This document shows positions 34,039-44,375 of a stretch of DNA of 64,000 bases, piece by piece. Location: assembly GCA_000004985.1 (NCBI GenBank), contig GG738888.1. One strand, 5' to 3'. The stretch comes from Naegleria gruberi (lineage: Eukaryota). The notes beneath the pieces were generated by a model. That model was not told the DNA's origin, ran no database searches, and saw only the letters and a list, made by a program, of their open reading frames with translations. Position 1 is the first letter of the stretch, and the number at the start of each line of letters is the position of its first letter. Position numbers and translations under genes: made by a program.

Positions 34039-34485
34039 TTAGTATTCTTGTTGGTATTGTAAGAGTAAGCTGTACAGTTGAAGGAGAAAGATCATTTCTT
34101 GTTGATAGGTAGAATTATCCATTTGTTGATTTGTATTCGAAACTGTGAAATGCTGATGATCCACAGCATGTGTATTCATTTCATCTTGTCTATTTTCTTG
34201 ATTTCTCTCCTCAATACTATTCGATTCTCCAACTAGTCTAACATGTTGAGTTACCACACTATTTCCGATTTTAAACTCTTTATCTATTCGAAAGGTTGTC
34301 AATTGATCCTTCCTATTATCAAAAACAAAGTAATTCTTTAAAATTTCATCATTCTGTAATTGCTTTCTCAATCCTGGATATTTACTTTTTGGTTTCCTCT
34401 TGATAATCTTGTCTGTGGTCTTTACTGTTTCGTCTATTATCGAAAATTGTTTCGAACCTTTCTTCTGGTTTTGACCACTTGGCAT
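34039..34485 (-). CDS. Family member F (148 aa), divergent
   Basis: FSIIDETVKTTDKIIKRKPKSKYPGLRKQLQNDEILKNYFVFDNRKDQLTTFRID ... MIFLLQLYSLLLQYQQEY. It keeps the core motif and the C-terminal FLLQL. Confidence 0.55.
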   Translation of the reverse strand: MPSGQNQKKGSKQFSIIDETVKTTDKIIKRKPKSKYPGLRKQLQNDEILKNYFVFDNRKDQLTTFRIDKEFKIGNSVVTQHVRLVGESNSIEERNQENRQDEMNTHAVDHQHFTVSNTNQQMDNSTYQQEMIFLLQLYSLLLQYQQEY

Positions 34486-34858
34486 TGTTGTTTAATTTTT
34501 TATTGAATTACATCTCCTCACAGCGCTTTAGTTGAGGATTAGTTTCGTGAAAATATTATTTATTTGCAGACCGAAACCATGAAACCTCAAATTTGGTCAT
34601 TGATTTCCAAACTGTTATGAAATTGTAAAGATTATTTTTAATCTTACCCGTTTCTCTTGAGGATATTGCCTTTAAAAGTCGTTATAATGCAGTTTTATTC
34701 TATATGGAGTCCACATTGTCTTCAATCTTTCGAATATAGACTGTTCAGCATGATGATGAAATAGAAGTGTTTCAATAAACATTTAGCTAATCTTCAGCAT
34801 GTTGTGATGATTCTAGTTGGTTGTGGTGTAATTATGCAATTGAATACAATCAGCTCTA

Positions 34859-35269
34859 TTATCCGTCTTCTTCAATGTGATGGAGAAATAGTAATTTTAG
34901 GAGAGCTTTTCGTTGTTCGTTGTNNNNNNNNNNNNNNNNNNNNNNNNNNNNNNNNNNNNNNNNNNNNNNNNNNATTGAAACTCTTCTGTTTCTTAAAGTT
35001 TCGGATGATTTAGTTGCGACTGCATGCTGTTGATCCTGTCCATCGGCAGCTTGGTGTTGCTTAAGATGATATTGGTTCATTATTTTTGGTTGTTGATTGG
35101 TTTCGGCAAGATTACACTGGAAAGTTTGCATGGTTTCGGATTGTTGTGTTGGTGAAGGAAGTCGAAAGTGAACTTCATTTCTCTGAATCCCACTTTGAGG
35201 GTCTAAATTATTGTCTTCCAGACATGCACTAGAATCTAATGAGAAACTAGACGAAAGTTCATCATCCAT
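34859..35269 (-). CDS. Gln-rich hypothetical protein interrupted by a 50-N gap
   Basis: The ORF spans the N-run at 34924..34973. The C-terminus, KALLKLLFLHH, weakly resembles the family Leu-rich tail. The model is unreliable. Confidence 0.25.
   Translation of the reverse strand: MDDELSSSFSLDSSACLEDNNLDPQSGIQRNEVHFRLPSPTQQSETMQTFQCNLAETNQQPKIMNQYHLKQHQAADGQDQQHAVATKSSETLRNRRVSXXXXXXXXXXXXXXXXXXNEQRKALLKLLFLHHIEEDG
34924..34973. other. Assembly gap (50 N)
   Basis: Run of n. Confidence 1.
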
Positions 35270-35641
35270 TCTCTAAGAAAACCTCTTGGGAAGAATTTAC
35301 TTTTAATGTGTTGATTTGTTTTTTTCAAAGTGTTTTTATTGTAATACGAAAGGAACTTTGCGTTGCCAAACACCTAAACAATTTATGAAACCTGCCAAAC
35401 TGAAATTCTTGACCGAAGAATAGAATAATTTTATCTGAATGTGCTGAATAATGAAGTTAATGTTTGGCAGCCCCATTCCAATGTATTATGACAGGTTCGG
35501 TAACTTTGACAACTTCATTAGAATGTATTTAGTTTTCATAACCTCTCTATCCTAAATTGGTAATAGACAAATACGTTGAACAATAGCAATTGGTATAATA
35601 ATAACAACATTAAGAAGTTAACGAATTCGTTAGAAACAATT

Positions 35642-36196
35642 TTATTGATTATTCTTTGGGGGAATAAATTGACCAAACAAAGTTTCACTTAGAGAAAAAC
35701 CAGATTTCTGATAGAGAGCTTGAGCTTTCAGATTTTCATTCCTTACCAATAGACGAACACCTGCCATGTTTAAATTCTTTGCAATTTTCTTAGTTTCGTC
35801 CAGTAGAATACTAGCAATTCCACATCTCCTGAATTTTTCCCTCACAAACAATTCGTCCACATAGAGATAACCATTTTTCTTATTCAATTTTGGAAGAAAA
35901 CATAAACAAATAAATCCACACGCTTCTCTCTCATCATTTTCCACAATTAAGACCCAAAATGTATTGGAAATCATTCCAGTATTTTTCATGTTGTCGAGAA
36001 AGGATTCCAAATGAAGATTTGCATCTTCTTCCATTCGATTTTCCGACTCGAATTGTTCCTTTAATAATACAAGTAGATTTTCATGTAATTTGTTTTGGGT
36101 TGAGTGAATATTTTCATGGTTTGGATTAAGTGGTTGTAATTGATGTATTGTAAAGCTGTTTGATGACATTTTTTTTTGAAGAATTTTGTTGAACAA
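35642..36196 (-). CDS. GNAT family N-acetyltransferase
   Basis: Motif A region LYVDELFVREKFRRCGIASILLDETKKIA (R..G.A acetyl-CoA loop), then NENLKAQALYQKSGF. Confidence 0.65.
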   Translation of the reverse strand: MFNKILQKKMSSNSFTIHQLQPLNPNHENIHSTQNKLHENLLVLLKEQFESENRMEEDANLHLESFLDNMKNTGMISNTFWVLIVENDEREACGFICLCFLPKLNKKNGYLYVDELFVREKFRRCGIASILLDETKKIAKNLNMAGVRLLVRNENLKAQALYQKSGFSLSETLFGQFIPPKNNQ

Positions 36197-36430
36197 ATTT
36201 GTTGAATCTCATTTGCAATTATCATAATCAATTTGTACAATTTGCATTACTGTCGATATCACACAATGTATTTTTAATAAATATCATCAGATTCAGAGAA
36301 AAATTGAAACAAGTTGGCTTAATTTATTAAGGAATAGTTCTATGCTTAGTATTACTTAACAGCTCAACTATCAATTAAGCAGTATCGTTAATATGATTTC
36401 CGAAATTGAAAATAAAGTTAGAAAATTAAT

Positions 36431-38005
36431 TTATCTATTTGGTATGTGAGGTGTAAAGTCCAAATCTTGAACGTTATATTCAATCTTATGGATGGTTGTT
36501 TCATATCTATCACCATTCTTTGAAAAGAATGAATTATCCTTTACTCCAGAATAAGATGAATAGTCCACAATGGTGCTTCCCTCAGCATCTCCTGCAATAC
36601 AGAATGATCTGTCGAATGCTTTCAATAATTTATAATCTCCTTCACCTGCATCAGTTTCAAAATATCCTATCGAATTCAACCAGTGACAAAATTCATCCAA
36701 TGTTTTTCTATTCTCAAATATCATTGTATCCAATTTGGTAAATTCATTCTCGTAATCCAAATTTTGAATGAATGCCTTTAAAGTTTCAGTATAGTAGAAT
36801 TTTCTACTCGTGTTACCCTTCTTTAAATCGGAAAAGTAATTGTCAAAGGTCTTTCCACTTGGTCTACTCAATGAGAGAGCATCCAAAACTTGAGAGACAA
36901 AGTGTTGACAATTACAATCGAGTTGGCTATATGTCTTTTTAGCATTAAATGTACAACAAATATCTGTAATTTTCAAGAAGGCATCCATAATTTGATTCTT
37001 GGTTCTCAAAAAACCAAGATCAATAACAGCAATTGAATTGGATGATTCAATATTCTTATCAGTTCTAACACTAATCAGAGAGTTATTGTACCAATCAAAT
37101 TTCCACTCTCCAATCATGATTCCTGTATGGAGAATACCAAATTCAGTAGTAACAATCTTGGACAATACGCTTCTAATAAAATTATTTCCTTGCAATTCTG
37201 AAATGACCAATTTAACAGCAACATAAGGAGGCTTTTCCATCTTTCTTCTATTTGGATTTGCCAAAATTCTACTGCAAAATGTATTGTACAAGAATCTATC
37301 CTTGCATGTTAAATTTTGGGCATCCAAATCCAAATCACCAGTAAGATTAGCACTCTTGAATGATTTTCCTCTCTCATTGAGAGTCTTGTAATATTCAGAG
37401 AGATTCTTTTTACAATGTTCAATTCCTTGTTTCTCCCAATCATTAAGTTTTTCCTCATCAAATGGAGTTCTCGAATCAAAATCACTATCATCCGATGGTA
37501 AATGTACATTATTTGAATTAGTGCCAATATCACTCTGAGTTCCAGTCGTTGGAACAGAATCAAATTGATAAGCTGGATTATATCTCTGTTCCATTGCAGC
37601 AAAAGTATTCTTCCTACCAGAGCCATTCTCAATATCCTTTCTAATCTTGGCCTCAACCACTGAATCCACAAACGAACTCATACTTCCCTGATCAACATCA
37701 TATAATTTAGAAAGCCTTGCAATAATATATTGTTTTTCATCATCAATTGTTGAACGATCTCCGGTAACAATAGCCTTGGCCAAATCCTTAAAAACATGAC
37801 CATGAAACATTGTATTATTGATCAATAACTTCTCAATCAAGGAATTTTGATATTTAAATTCTCTCATCAGATTTATCAAATCATTATTATCACAATTATT
37901 AATTGGCTTATCAGTAATTGCTCGGGTTGGTACAGAATTTGCAGAATCGGAACCCTTTCCTACATTGAATGATTCGAGGGAATCTTGAGAAAAGTAATTG
38001 CCCAT
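36431..38005 (-). CDS. N-myristoylated (MGNYFSQ) LRAT/PLAAT-like (NlpC/P60 superfamily) domain protein, paralog 1
   Basis: Starts MG..(S). The central region FGILHTGIMIGEWKFDWYNNSLISV ... LDCNCQHFVSQVLDAL parallels PLAAT/LRAT H-box (HWAIYVGDGYVVHL) and the catalytic NCEHFV motif. Collinear with the 38853..40367 paralog. Confidence 0.5.
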   Translation of the reverse strand: MGNYFSQDSLESFNVGKGSDSANSVPTRAITDKPINNCDNNDLINLMREFKYQNSLIEKLLINNTMFHGHVFKDLAKAIVTGDRSTIDDEKQYIIARLSKLYDVDQGSMSSFVDSVVEAKIRKDIENGSGRKNTFAAMEQRYNPAYQFDSVPTTGTQSDIGTNSNNVHLPSDDSDFDSRTPFDEEKLNDWEKQGIEHCKKNLSEYYKTLNERGKSFKSANLTGDLDLDAQNLTCKDRFLYNTFCSRILANPNRRKMEKPPYVAVKLVISELQGNNFIRSVLSKIVTTEFGILHTGIMIGEWKFDWYNNSLISVRTDKNIESSNSIAVIDLGFLRTKNQIMDAFLKITDICCTFNAKKTYSQLDCNCQHFVSQVLDALSLSRPSGKTFDNYFSDLKKGNTSRKFYYTETLKAFIQNLDYENEFTKLDTMIFENRKTLDEFCHWLNSIGYFETDAGEGDYKLLKAFDRSFCIAGDAEGSTIVDYSSYSGVKDNSFFSKNGDRYETTIHKIEYNVQDLDFTPHIPNR

Positions 38006-38526
38006 CTCCGATGCTTGTTTTAAATATATTTAAATAAATAATAATAATTATAATATTATAATGTTGTTTGTGCTCTCTTGTTAGGAACAATGAATCGGTT
38101 GGTGCAGAGTTTGTGATTTTTTGTGTTTTTTCTTATTGATTTGATCTAATTAGAAGAGGAAGTAAACACGTGTTGGTTTTTTATGAGTTTTAATGAAAGA
38201 ATATTATCTTGACAAAAAAGTATCGATGTTCACGTTCTTTGAAACGTGATTCAAAGCTGTAGTTTGTTGTTTGACAGAAATGAAATGTGAATGCAGGATT
38301 GAAAATCATAAAATTACTCTTGTGCAATTTCTAGATATCCTCTACTTTGAACAAATTTTGGAAGATTTACAGAAGCAATAATTTTGGCTTGTTAATTTCA
38401 ATTCAAAAACCAAACAAAATTAATCTGAGGCTATTTTAAGAATAAATATAGAAGATAAGAGATTGATTTTACACCTCCTTATAGTAAAGACAAAATGGTA
38501 GCAGGAAATATACTAAAATAAAAAGT

Positions 38527-38607
38527 TGCAGAAGGTGGGATTTGAACCCACGAAGCTTGCGCAGTAGAACTTGAGTCTACCCCCTTTGACCACTCGGGAA
38601 CCCCTGC
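38527..38607 (-). tRNA. tRNA-Leu(CAA): tRNA-Leu (anticodon CAA), type II, no intron
   Basis: Minus strand: GCAGGGG-TT-CCC-GAGTGGTCAAA-GGG-G-GTAGA-CTCAAGT-TCTAC-(variable arm)-GTGGG-TTCAAAT-CCCAC-CTTCTGC-A. Acceptor, anticodon and T stems all pair. A T5 run lies 2 nt downstream at 38520-38524. Confidence 0.9.
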
Positions 38608-38852
38608 TTCACATTTATTATCTTTAAATATGTTCTTCGTAAGTATGATCATTGTAAAATGGAAAAAGATGAAGAAAAGAACAGCGAATGGTGAGTGTGG
38701 AAGATTGTGAATATTAATTTGAAGAAATTGAGATCATACTGATGCATTGAAATACAGAGTTTAAATGGTGACAGTCAAACTTATTAATATCAAAGGGGAA
38801 TGACAGATTGAACATGAATAATATTTTGGCAGTTTTTCATCTTTATTGATGT

Positions 38853-40367
38853 CTATCTTTTGAGGAAATATTTTGACAAGTCCAAATCCTTTACATTGTA
38901 CTTGATATTGGTAATACTGGTATCATCATGAAGACCAGATTGAGAAAAGAATGCATTCTCCTTCTTGAATCCTTCCACAGAATAGTCAACCACGACCAAT
39001 CCATCTCTTCCCTTACCAGCAATTACAAACGATCTATCAAATGATTTAAGCAATTGATAATCTTCCTTTCCTTCTTCTGTTGTAAAATGACCTAAATCCT
39101 TGATAAAGAAACAGAATTCATCAAGATCTTTTCTACTTTCGAATTTGATTGACTTCTTTTTCTTGTAAATTGAATCTTGAGCTTTTTGAATCTTGTCAAT
39201 TAAAGCTGGGCTAAAGTAGAATTTTCTTGCCATATCTCCCTTCTTTAAATTTTTAAAATACTTTTCAAAGCACTTGGATTTTGGAGTGACAAGAGAAAGT
39301 GCATCCAAAAGTTCCGAAACAAAGTGTTGGCAATTACAATTCAATTGACCGTACTCCATAGTGGCATTGTATTTACAAACAATGTCTGAAATTTTGAAGA
39401 ATGCACTCAAAATTAAATTTTGATCAATCAGAGATCCCAAATCAATAACAGCAATTGCATTTCCAGAGCCAATATTCTTTTCCTTTCTAACACTGACCAT
39501 TGAATTGTCGTACCAATCGAATTTCCACTCACCAATCAATAATCCAGTGTGGAGGAGGCCAAATTCTGTATTCACTACTTTTGAGACAATGGATCTATAA
39601 ATTTCATTTCCCTCAATTTCTGAAATGATCAACTTAACTTGCATATATGGCTCAGAAGTCAAAACTCTCCTGCTTGAATTACTCAAAATTGGAGCACAGA
39701 ATGTGTTGAACATGAAACGATCTTTGCAGACCATATTTTGAGCATCCACTTCCAAGTCACCTATCAATCCACAAGTTTCGAATTTCTTCTTCTTCTCCTT
39801 CAAAAATTCATAATATTTTACCAAATTCTTCTTGACCTTTTCAATTCCTCTCTTCTCCCACTCGTTCAATTTATCTTGATCGTATGCAGTTGAAATGTTA
39901 TAAAAAGTTTGAGGAGTGACACCTGGATCCTGAGTCTCTGAATGCAAACTTGCTGTTGTTGTTGGAATGGATGAAATATTAATTTTCTTACTTGATGCAT
40001 TCGACACATCCCTTTTAATCTTTGTAATAACCACATTCTCAATAAAACGTGATAGCAAACTTTCCGTGATGGCATAACGAGTGGCATATCTGCTAGCCAA
40101 TCGGTCCCTTTCGTCTTCAATTTTTGATTGATTCTCCTCCAGTATTGGTGCAACAAGTGCAGAGAATATACTTCCAGACATGTCTTTTTCCTTGATGACA
40201 CTGGCCAATTTATTGCTCTTATCCTCGAATTTATAGTGTCTCAGAAGGACGAGCAAATCTTCAGCATCACATTCAGTGATTGGTTTGTTTACTACTTGGC
40301 TAATATCCACAGTAGAGGATTCAAATGATGCAGGCTTGGAGTCAAAAGATGAAGGTTTGCCACCCAT
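38853..40367 (-). CDS. N-myristoylated (MGGKPSS) LRAT/PLAAT-like domain protein, paralog 2
   Basis: FGLLHTGLLIGEWKFDWYDNSMVSV ... LNCNCQHFVSELLDAL. Long blocks are shared with paralog 1: DLD.DAQN..CKDRF..NTFC, VKL.ISE..GN...RS..SK...TEFG.LHTG, CNCQHFVS..LDALSL, DEFC and YNV.DLD. Confidence 0.5.
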   Translation of the reverse strand: MGGKPSSFDSKPASFESSTVDISQVVNKPITECDAEDLLVLLRHYKFEDKSNKLASVIKEKDMSGSIFSALVAPILEENQSKIEDERDRLASRYATRYAITESLLSRFIENVVITKIKRDVSNASSKKINISSIPTTTASLHSETQDPGVTPQTFYNISTAYDQDKLNEWEKRGIEKVKKNLVKYYEFLKEKKKKFETCGLIGDLEVDAQNMVCKDRFMFNTFCAPILSNSSRRVLTSEPYMQVKLIISEIEGNEIYRSIVSKVVNTEFGLLHTGLLIGEWKFDWYDNSMVSVRKEKNIGSGNAIAVIDLGSLIDQNLILSAFFKISDIVCKYNATMEYGQLNCNCQHFVSELLDALSLVTPKSKCFEKYFKNLKKGDMARKFYFSPALIDKIQKAQDSIYKKKKSIKFESRKDLDEFCFFIKDLGHFTTEEGKEDYQLLKSFDRSFVIAGKGRDGLVVVDYSVEGFKKENAFFSQSGLHDDTSITNIKYNVKDLDLSKYFLKR

Positions 40368-40789
40368 TTCTAATAGTGTGTGTGATGGAAGTTTGACAGT
40401 TGGACGATTTTTTTGTTGATGAATTGTTTAGGTAAGCTGTTAGTTTGACGTATGAATCGTGATAACGAGTGTGAATTGTTATTTTTGCAGTTGAATGTGA
40501 AAGTGTATAGCTATTCGAAGAGGTTGTTCGGTTAGGTTCACGTTCATGAGATTGTTGTTGTCCTGAGCAGGCAGGAGCACAATTTATTGTTTCCTCTCTA
40601 AGAAAGACAATCCTTCATTGTTTCCAACACAAGATGAAACGGTTGTTATTGATATTGTTGATACACATTAACACAAGTTGTTAACAAATAACAATAATAA
40701 TAGTAGTACATAGTAAAGCAAAGCAATTAACACACATCAACATCTTGTTGTTAATTGTTGGCAAAATAGTTCAGCTTCTGATGAAGATG

Positions 40790-41536
40790 TTAATTCTTGG
40801 CAGCAGTAGCAGAAGATGTAGCTTGTTCTGCTTCTTCTGGCTTACCCATCATACCTCTGAGTGAATCAATCATATCTAATTGTCTTCTGATGGTATTATT
40901 GTGTTGTCTTCTCAACTTTCTAGCAGAAATCCAAGCCTTTCTAAACTTTCTCAAATTACCAACTTCCTTCTCCAAAATAGCTTGATATTCCTTCAACTTG
41001 GCTGTAGCAGTCTCATAGGTTGTTTGTTGTTCTGTTGTTGTTGTGGATGATCTCTTCTCATATCGGGCCACATACTTTTTATAAATTCTTTGTGCCTTCT
41101 TGTAAGCCTTCTTCTTCTCAACAACCTTCTTATGAGTCTCCTTAACACGTCTGTTCAATTTTTTGTAGCGTTTTTCCAAGCGCGCCAAAGTCTTTCTCAA
41201 ACGTTCCTCAACACGAGTCAAGTGCATGTGCAAGGATTTGCTCTCCTCCGTTGCCAAATATTTGGATGATGAACCTGATGATGAGAATTTCTTCAATAAT
41301 TTAATGAGGGTCTTTTTCATGCGTTTTTGAGAGCGGATGGTTCGTTTCTTGTGGACCACACGAATATTTTCCTTTTTTGCCTCCACAAAATTTATTGTTG
41401 CTGTTGTAGAGAGAAGCACGACCATCAGGAAGAGAGCAATGGTGAGGAAGGTCAAGATGAAAAACTTGTTGCTTCTCATTGTGATGCTCTGACTGCCGTT
41501 GGATGAGATGTGATGTGGCAGCGAGGTGATAATCAT
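40790..41536 (-). CDS. Hypothetical signal-anchored basic coiled-coil protein
   Basis: The internal start MRSNKFFILTFLTIALFLMVVLL (alternative start at 41479) is followed by a K/R-rich heptad-like region. Confidence 0.4.
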   Translation of the reverse strand: MIITSLPHHISSNGSQSITMRSNKFFILTFLTIALFLMVVLLSTTATINFVEAKKENIRVVHKKRTIRSQKRMKKTLIKLLKKFSSSGSSSKYLATEESKSLHMHLTRVEERLRKTLARLEKRYKKLNRRVKETHKKVVEKKKAYKKAQRIYKKYVARYEKRSSTTTTEQQTTYETATAKLKEYQAILEKEVGNLRKFRKAWISARKLRRQHNNTIRRQLDMIDSLRGMMGKPEEAEQATSSATAAKN

Positions 41537-41984
41537 TTTTTTTTACGGATGAAATTTGTAGATGATAGGTGACTGATAGGATTGACTTGAGTTGTTTGGC
41601 GCGGAGGGAAAATTACTGGCTATGTGATGTATTTTTGGGTTATTTAGTTTCTAAGGAATGAATACTAATTGAGTTAAAGCAATTTCTTGTATATTAGGTT
41701 TGTACTTGGTTTTTAGTTTTATTTGTTTTATTTCGTTGGAAATTGAATGTGTTTCGTTCAACCTATTTTCAAATATCTGTTCTTAGCTCAGAATCAAATC
41801 TGAGATTTTTAACAGTTACAATAGATCTTGTCATGAATCAAAAGTTGACAAGTTACAACCTAATTGTAACCACGACTTGATACACTGATTCATCTGGCCC
41901 AATATTAATAAACCAAATTTATTCAAATGTAGCATATTTACAATGGTAACCTAGTGAGTGGAGAAAACAATCTTCTTATTTTTC

Positions 41985-42605
41985 TCACTTTTCAGTTTTA
42001 GAAATGTCAGTAATCTTGATTGTAACAATTTCATCCTCAGCTGCCTTCATACTACCTGTCTTTACTTCAGATTTTGATTTAACCCATTCTTCCAAATCCT
42101 TCTCTGATAAATGTTTCAATAATTCTTTAGCTTCATCCGATAATTCCACTTGATTATTCTCAGTCCCTATTGTGGAAGCATACATGTATAGTACTAAATA
42201 ATATCCAATATAGACCGCTACTAGGCCAATAATAAATAAAATATACTTTTTACTTGGGGCATCGTCACAATAGGTAATCACATACATGTCATCATCTACA
42301 GGAGTTCTACAAGCCAGTCTTACTTCATTGTCAGTAAAGATACCCAAAAATGGATTGGACTTGGTAACTCTTTCTATTAGGTTTAATTTCTTTGGTGCAT
42401 TTGCATATTTAACTTCCACAAGGCATTGAGAACAAGTATACAATGGAACCTTTTTAAAGTCACCAGTCAATCTTCCACAACAGAAAACTGTTGATTGGAG
42501 TTTTGGTAGTTGAGTGGCTTTTAAAATTCCTAATGCAAGAAATGGAAAGACTAAGACTTTGAGAGGGTATGCAAAATTAACATTATTCTTTACCAATACA
42601 TCCAT
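41985..42605 (-). CDS. Hypothetical protein with C-terminal TM helix
   Basis: 206-aa ORF. TM helix YILFIIGLVAVYIGYYLVLYMY. No known motif. Confidence 0.35.
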   Translation of the reverse strand: MDVLVKNNVNFAYPLKVLVFPFLALGILKATQLPKLQSTVFCCGRLTGDFKKVPLYTCSQCLVEVKYANAPKKLNLIERVTKSNPFLGIFTDNEVRLACRTPVDDDMYVITYCDDAPSKKYILFIIGLVAVYIGYYLVLYMYASTIGTENNQVELSDEAKELLKHLSEKDLEEWVKSKSEVKTGSMKAAEDEIVTIKITDISKTEK

Positions 42606-42930
42606 TAAATTAGTTCCTTTTGGTACATTATGAATAACTATTCCGATAGAGTTTCATTTCCGAATCAAACATTCCGAATGTAATAATGTTCATGAATAAT
42701 AATAAAAAAAAGAATATGATTTTTGGAAATTTAATGTGTGAGTGATGGTGATTTAATGACTGCTTCAACTTACTCTTCTTTGCCGTACGAACGGTAAAGT
42801 AATTCTTCTCTCTGGTGAATTTTTTCATTTTTTTTTTAAAGTTTTATTTGACTGGTTTAATTTTAGTTGATTGAAGGCTTAATTGCGTAAGGATGAACAC
42901 AAAATGATATTCTTAGTATCAATGATGTAA

Positions 42931-43001
42931 TCGGGTGTGGTATAGTGGTAGCATTCCAGACTGTCACTCTGGCGACCCGGGTTCAATTCCCGGCACTCGA
43001 G
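42931..43001 (+). tRNA. tRNA-Asp(GTC): tRNA-Asp (anticodon GTC)
   Basis: TCGGGTG-TG-GTATAGTGGTAGCAT-T-CCAGA-CTGTCAC-TCTGG-CGAC-CCGGG-TTCAATT-CCCGG-CACTCGA-G. Nearly collinear with metazoan tRNA-Asp. A T5 run lies at 43008-43012. Confidence 0.9.
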
Positions 43002-43180
43002 TATAACTTTTTAACTATTAGGATTCAATTTTAACTTTTTCAAAGAATGTAAACTATATAATATAGTCTACCAATATTTGAAAATTCAAGGTTTAATTAT
43101 CTGTTTTCATCGAAATATTTACAAAAGTTTCAGGTCCATTTTTTTGAACTCATTTTTTACCTTATTCGATCATACTAAAG

Positions 43181-43711
43181 TCAACATCTCGTATAACGAG
43201 AACCTAAAAGATATTCATAACGTTCCAATTCAGCACATGCAAACAATCTTCCATTATCAGCTTTATATACAATCTTTTTAGTATTTGGCTTTATATTTTT
43301 CATTTCATAATAACAATGACATTTCTTATCGAGAAATCTGTGAATCAATGGATCCACAACATATTTCTTTCCATCTCTCTTCACAACTAGTACTACCACA
43401 TGGAGTTGGGTAAAAACATTTAAAGACATTATTTCAGATTTACTAGTAATATTACCATCTCTAAATTGACTCTTCAAGCTTGAATTACGAAGTATATTAT
43501 TCATTTCATTTGCAGAGTAGAATGTTCTCTCGTCTTCACCACAAGGGGATTTCAGTTTTGGAATTAAATGTTTGCACGTTTCGATTAAAGTGTTAAGAAA
43601 CGGGTCGTAAATGTAGTAATACCAATATAAATAGGAAGAAAGGGAAACTATGAAGAGGGAAATCAAGATTAATAGATACATTTTTTTATCTTTCAGTTGG
43701 ATTTGTTTCAA
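43181..43711 (-). CDS. Hypothetical type-II membrane (signal-anchor) protein
   Basis: N-terminal hydrophobic helix LLILISLFIVSLSSYLYWYYYI. Several Cys. No motif. Confidence 0.35.
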   Translation of the reverse strand: MKQIQLKDKKMYLLILISLFIVSLSSYLYWYYYIYDPFLNTLIETCKHLIPKLKSPCGEDERTFYSANEMNNILRNSSLKSQFRDGNITSKSEIMSLNVFTQLHVVVLVVKRDGKKYVVDPLIHRFLDKKCHCYYEMKNIKPNTKKIVYKADNGRLFACAELERYEYLLGSRYTRC

Positions 43712-43874
43712 TGAGTTTCACTATTTGTTTTACTAATTCCTAATTTGGAATTTTTATTTTTTTAGTAGGTTCACAAATCGGAAAATCAACAGAATCAGTC
43801 TTTACAAATTTATTATACATTCAATCTTATTAAGATTTTTCATAACTTTTTATACAATTTCAAATTCAAAAAAA

Positions 43875-44303
43875 ATGTCCACATCAGGAAAGGAATTAAT
43901 TATTCAACAAATTCATCAACAACTTGGTAGACTCCTCAAACAATTAGAAGATGTAGAAGATAATCGAGAACTGCTCGATTCGGAAGAAGAATATTTAGAA
44001 ATCAAGGGAGAAACCCTCAAACAATTAGAAGAGTTTCAGAATACTCTCAACGAATTAAATCATCAAGAATTAGCCTCCGATCAATTAAGCTCCTTCAAGA
44101 TGGCTATCCAGGCAGCATGTAGTCAAGCGTTTAAAACTCCAGAAATTATTTTGTCGATGAGTGATTTTAGGGAAAAGAAGAGTGAATTGTTGAGTGCTTT
44201 GCAGAAATTGGGAGTTTCTTTGAATTCCGAACAGACTCTCTTCTTGAAACAGAATATGAGTGAACAGCTGAAGCAATTTGTGGATGAAGAATCAAAGTGG
44301 TAA
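43875..44303 (+). CDS. LZIC: LZIC-like protein (leucine zipper + ICAT-homologous domain)
   Basis: [46 protein letters not shown] ... [20 protein letters not shown] ... [12 protein letters not shown] is collinear with LZIC ([45 protein letters not shown] ... [22 protein letters not shown] ... ILTALRKLGEKL). Confidence 0.65.
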   Translation: [142 protein letters not shown]

Positions 44304-44375
44304 TGGAAATGGATGTTGTTAATATTTTTGAAGGTTTTGGAAATTAAGGAAATATTTAGTAAAGCAAGGAATAAG

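Noticed and set aside
26000-34500. Regularly spaced repeated units that could be mistaken for a CRISPR-like or satellite array
   Set aside because: The units are 1.3-2 kb protein-coding paralogs with divergent linkers. There are no short direct repeats with unique spacers, and this is a eukaryotic context.
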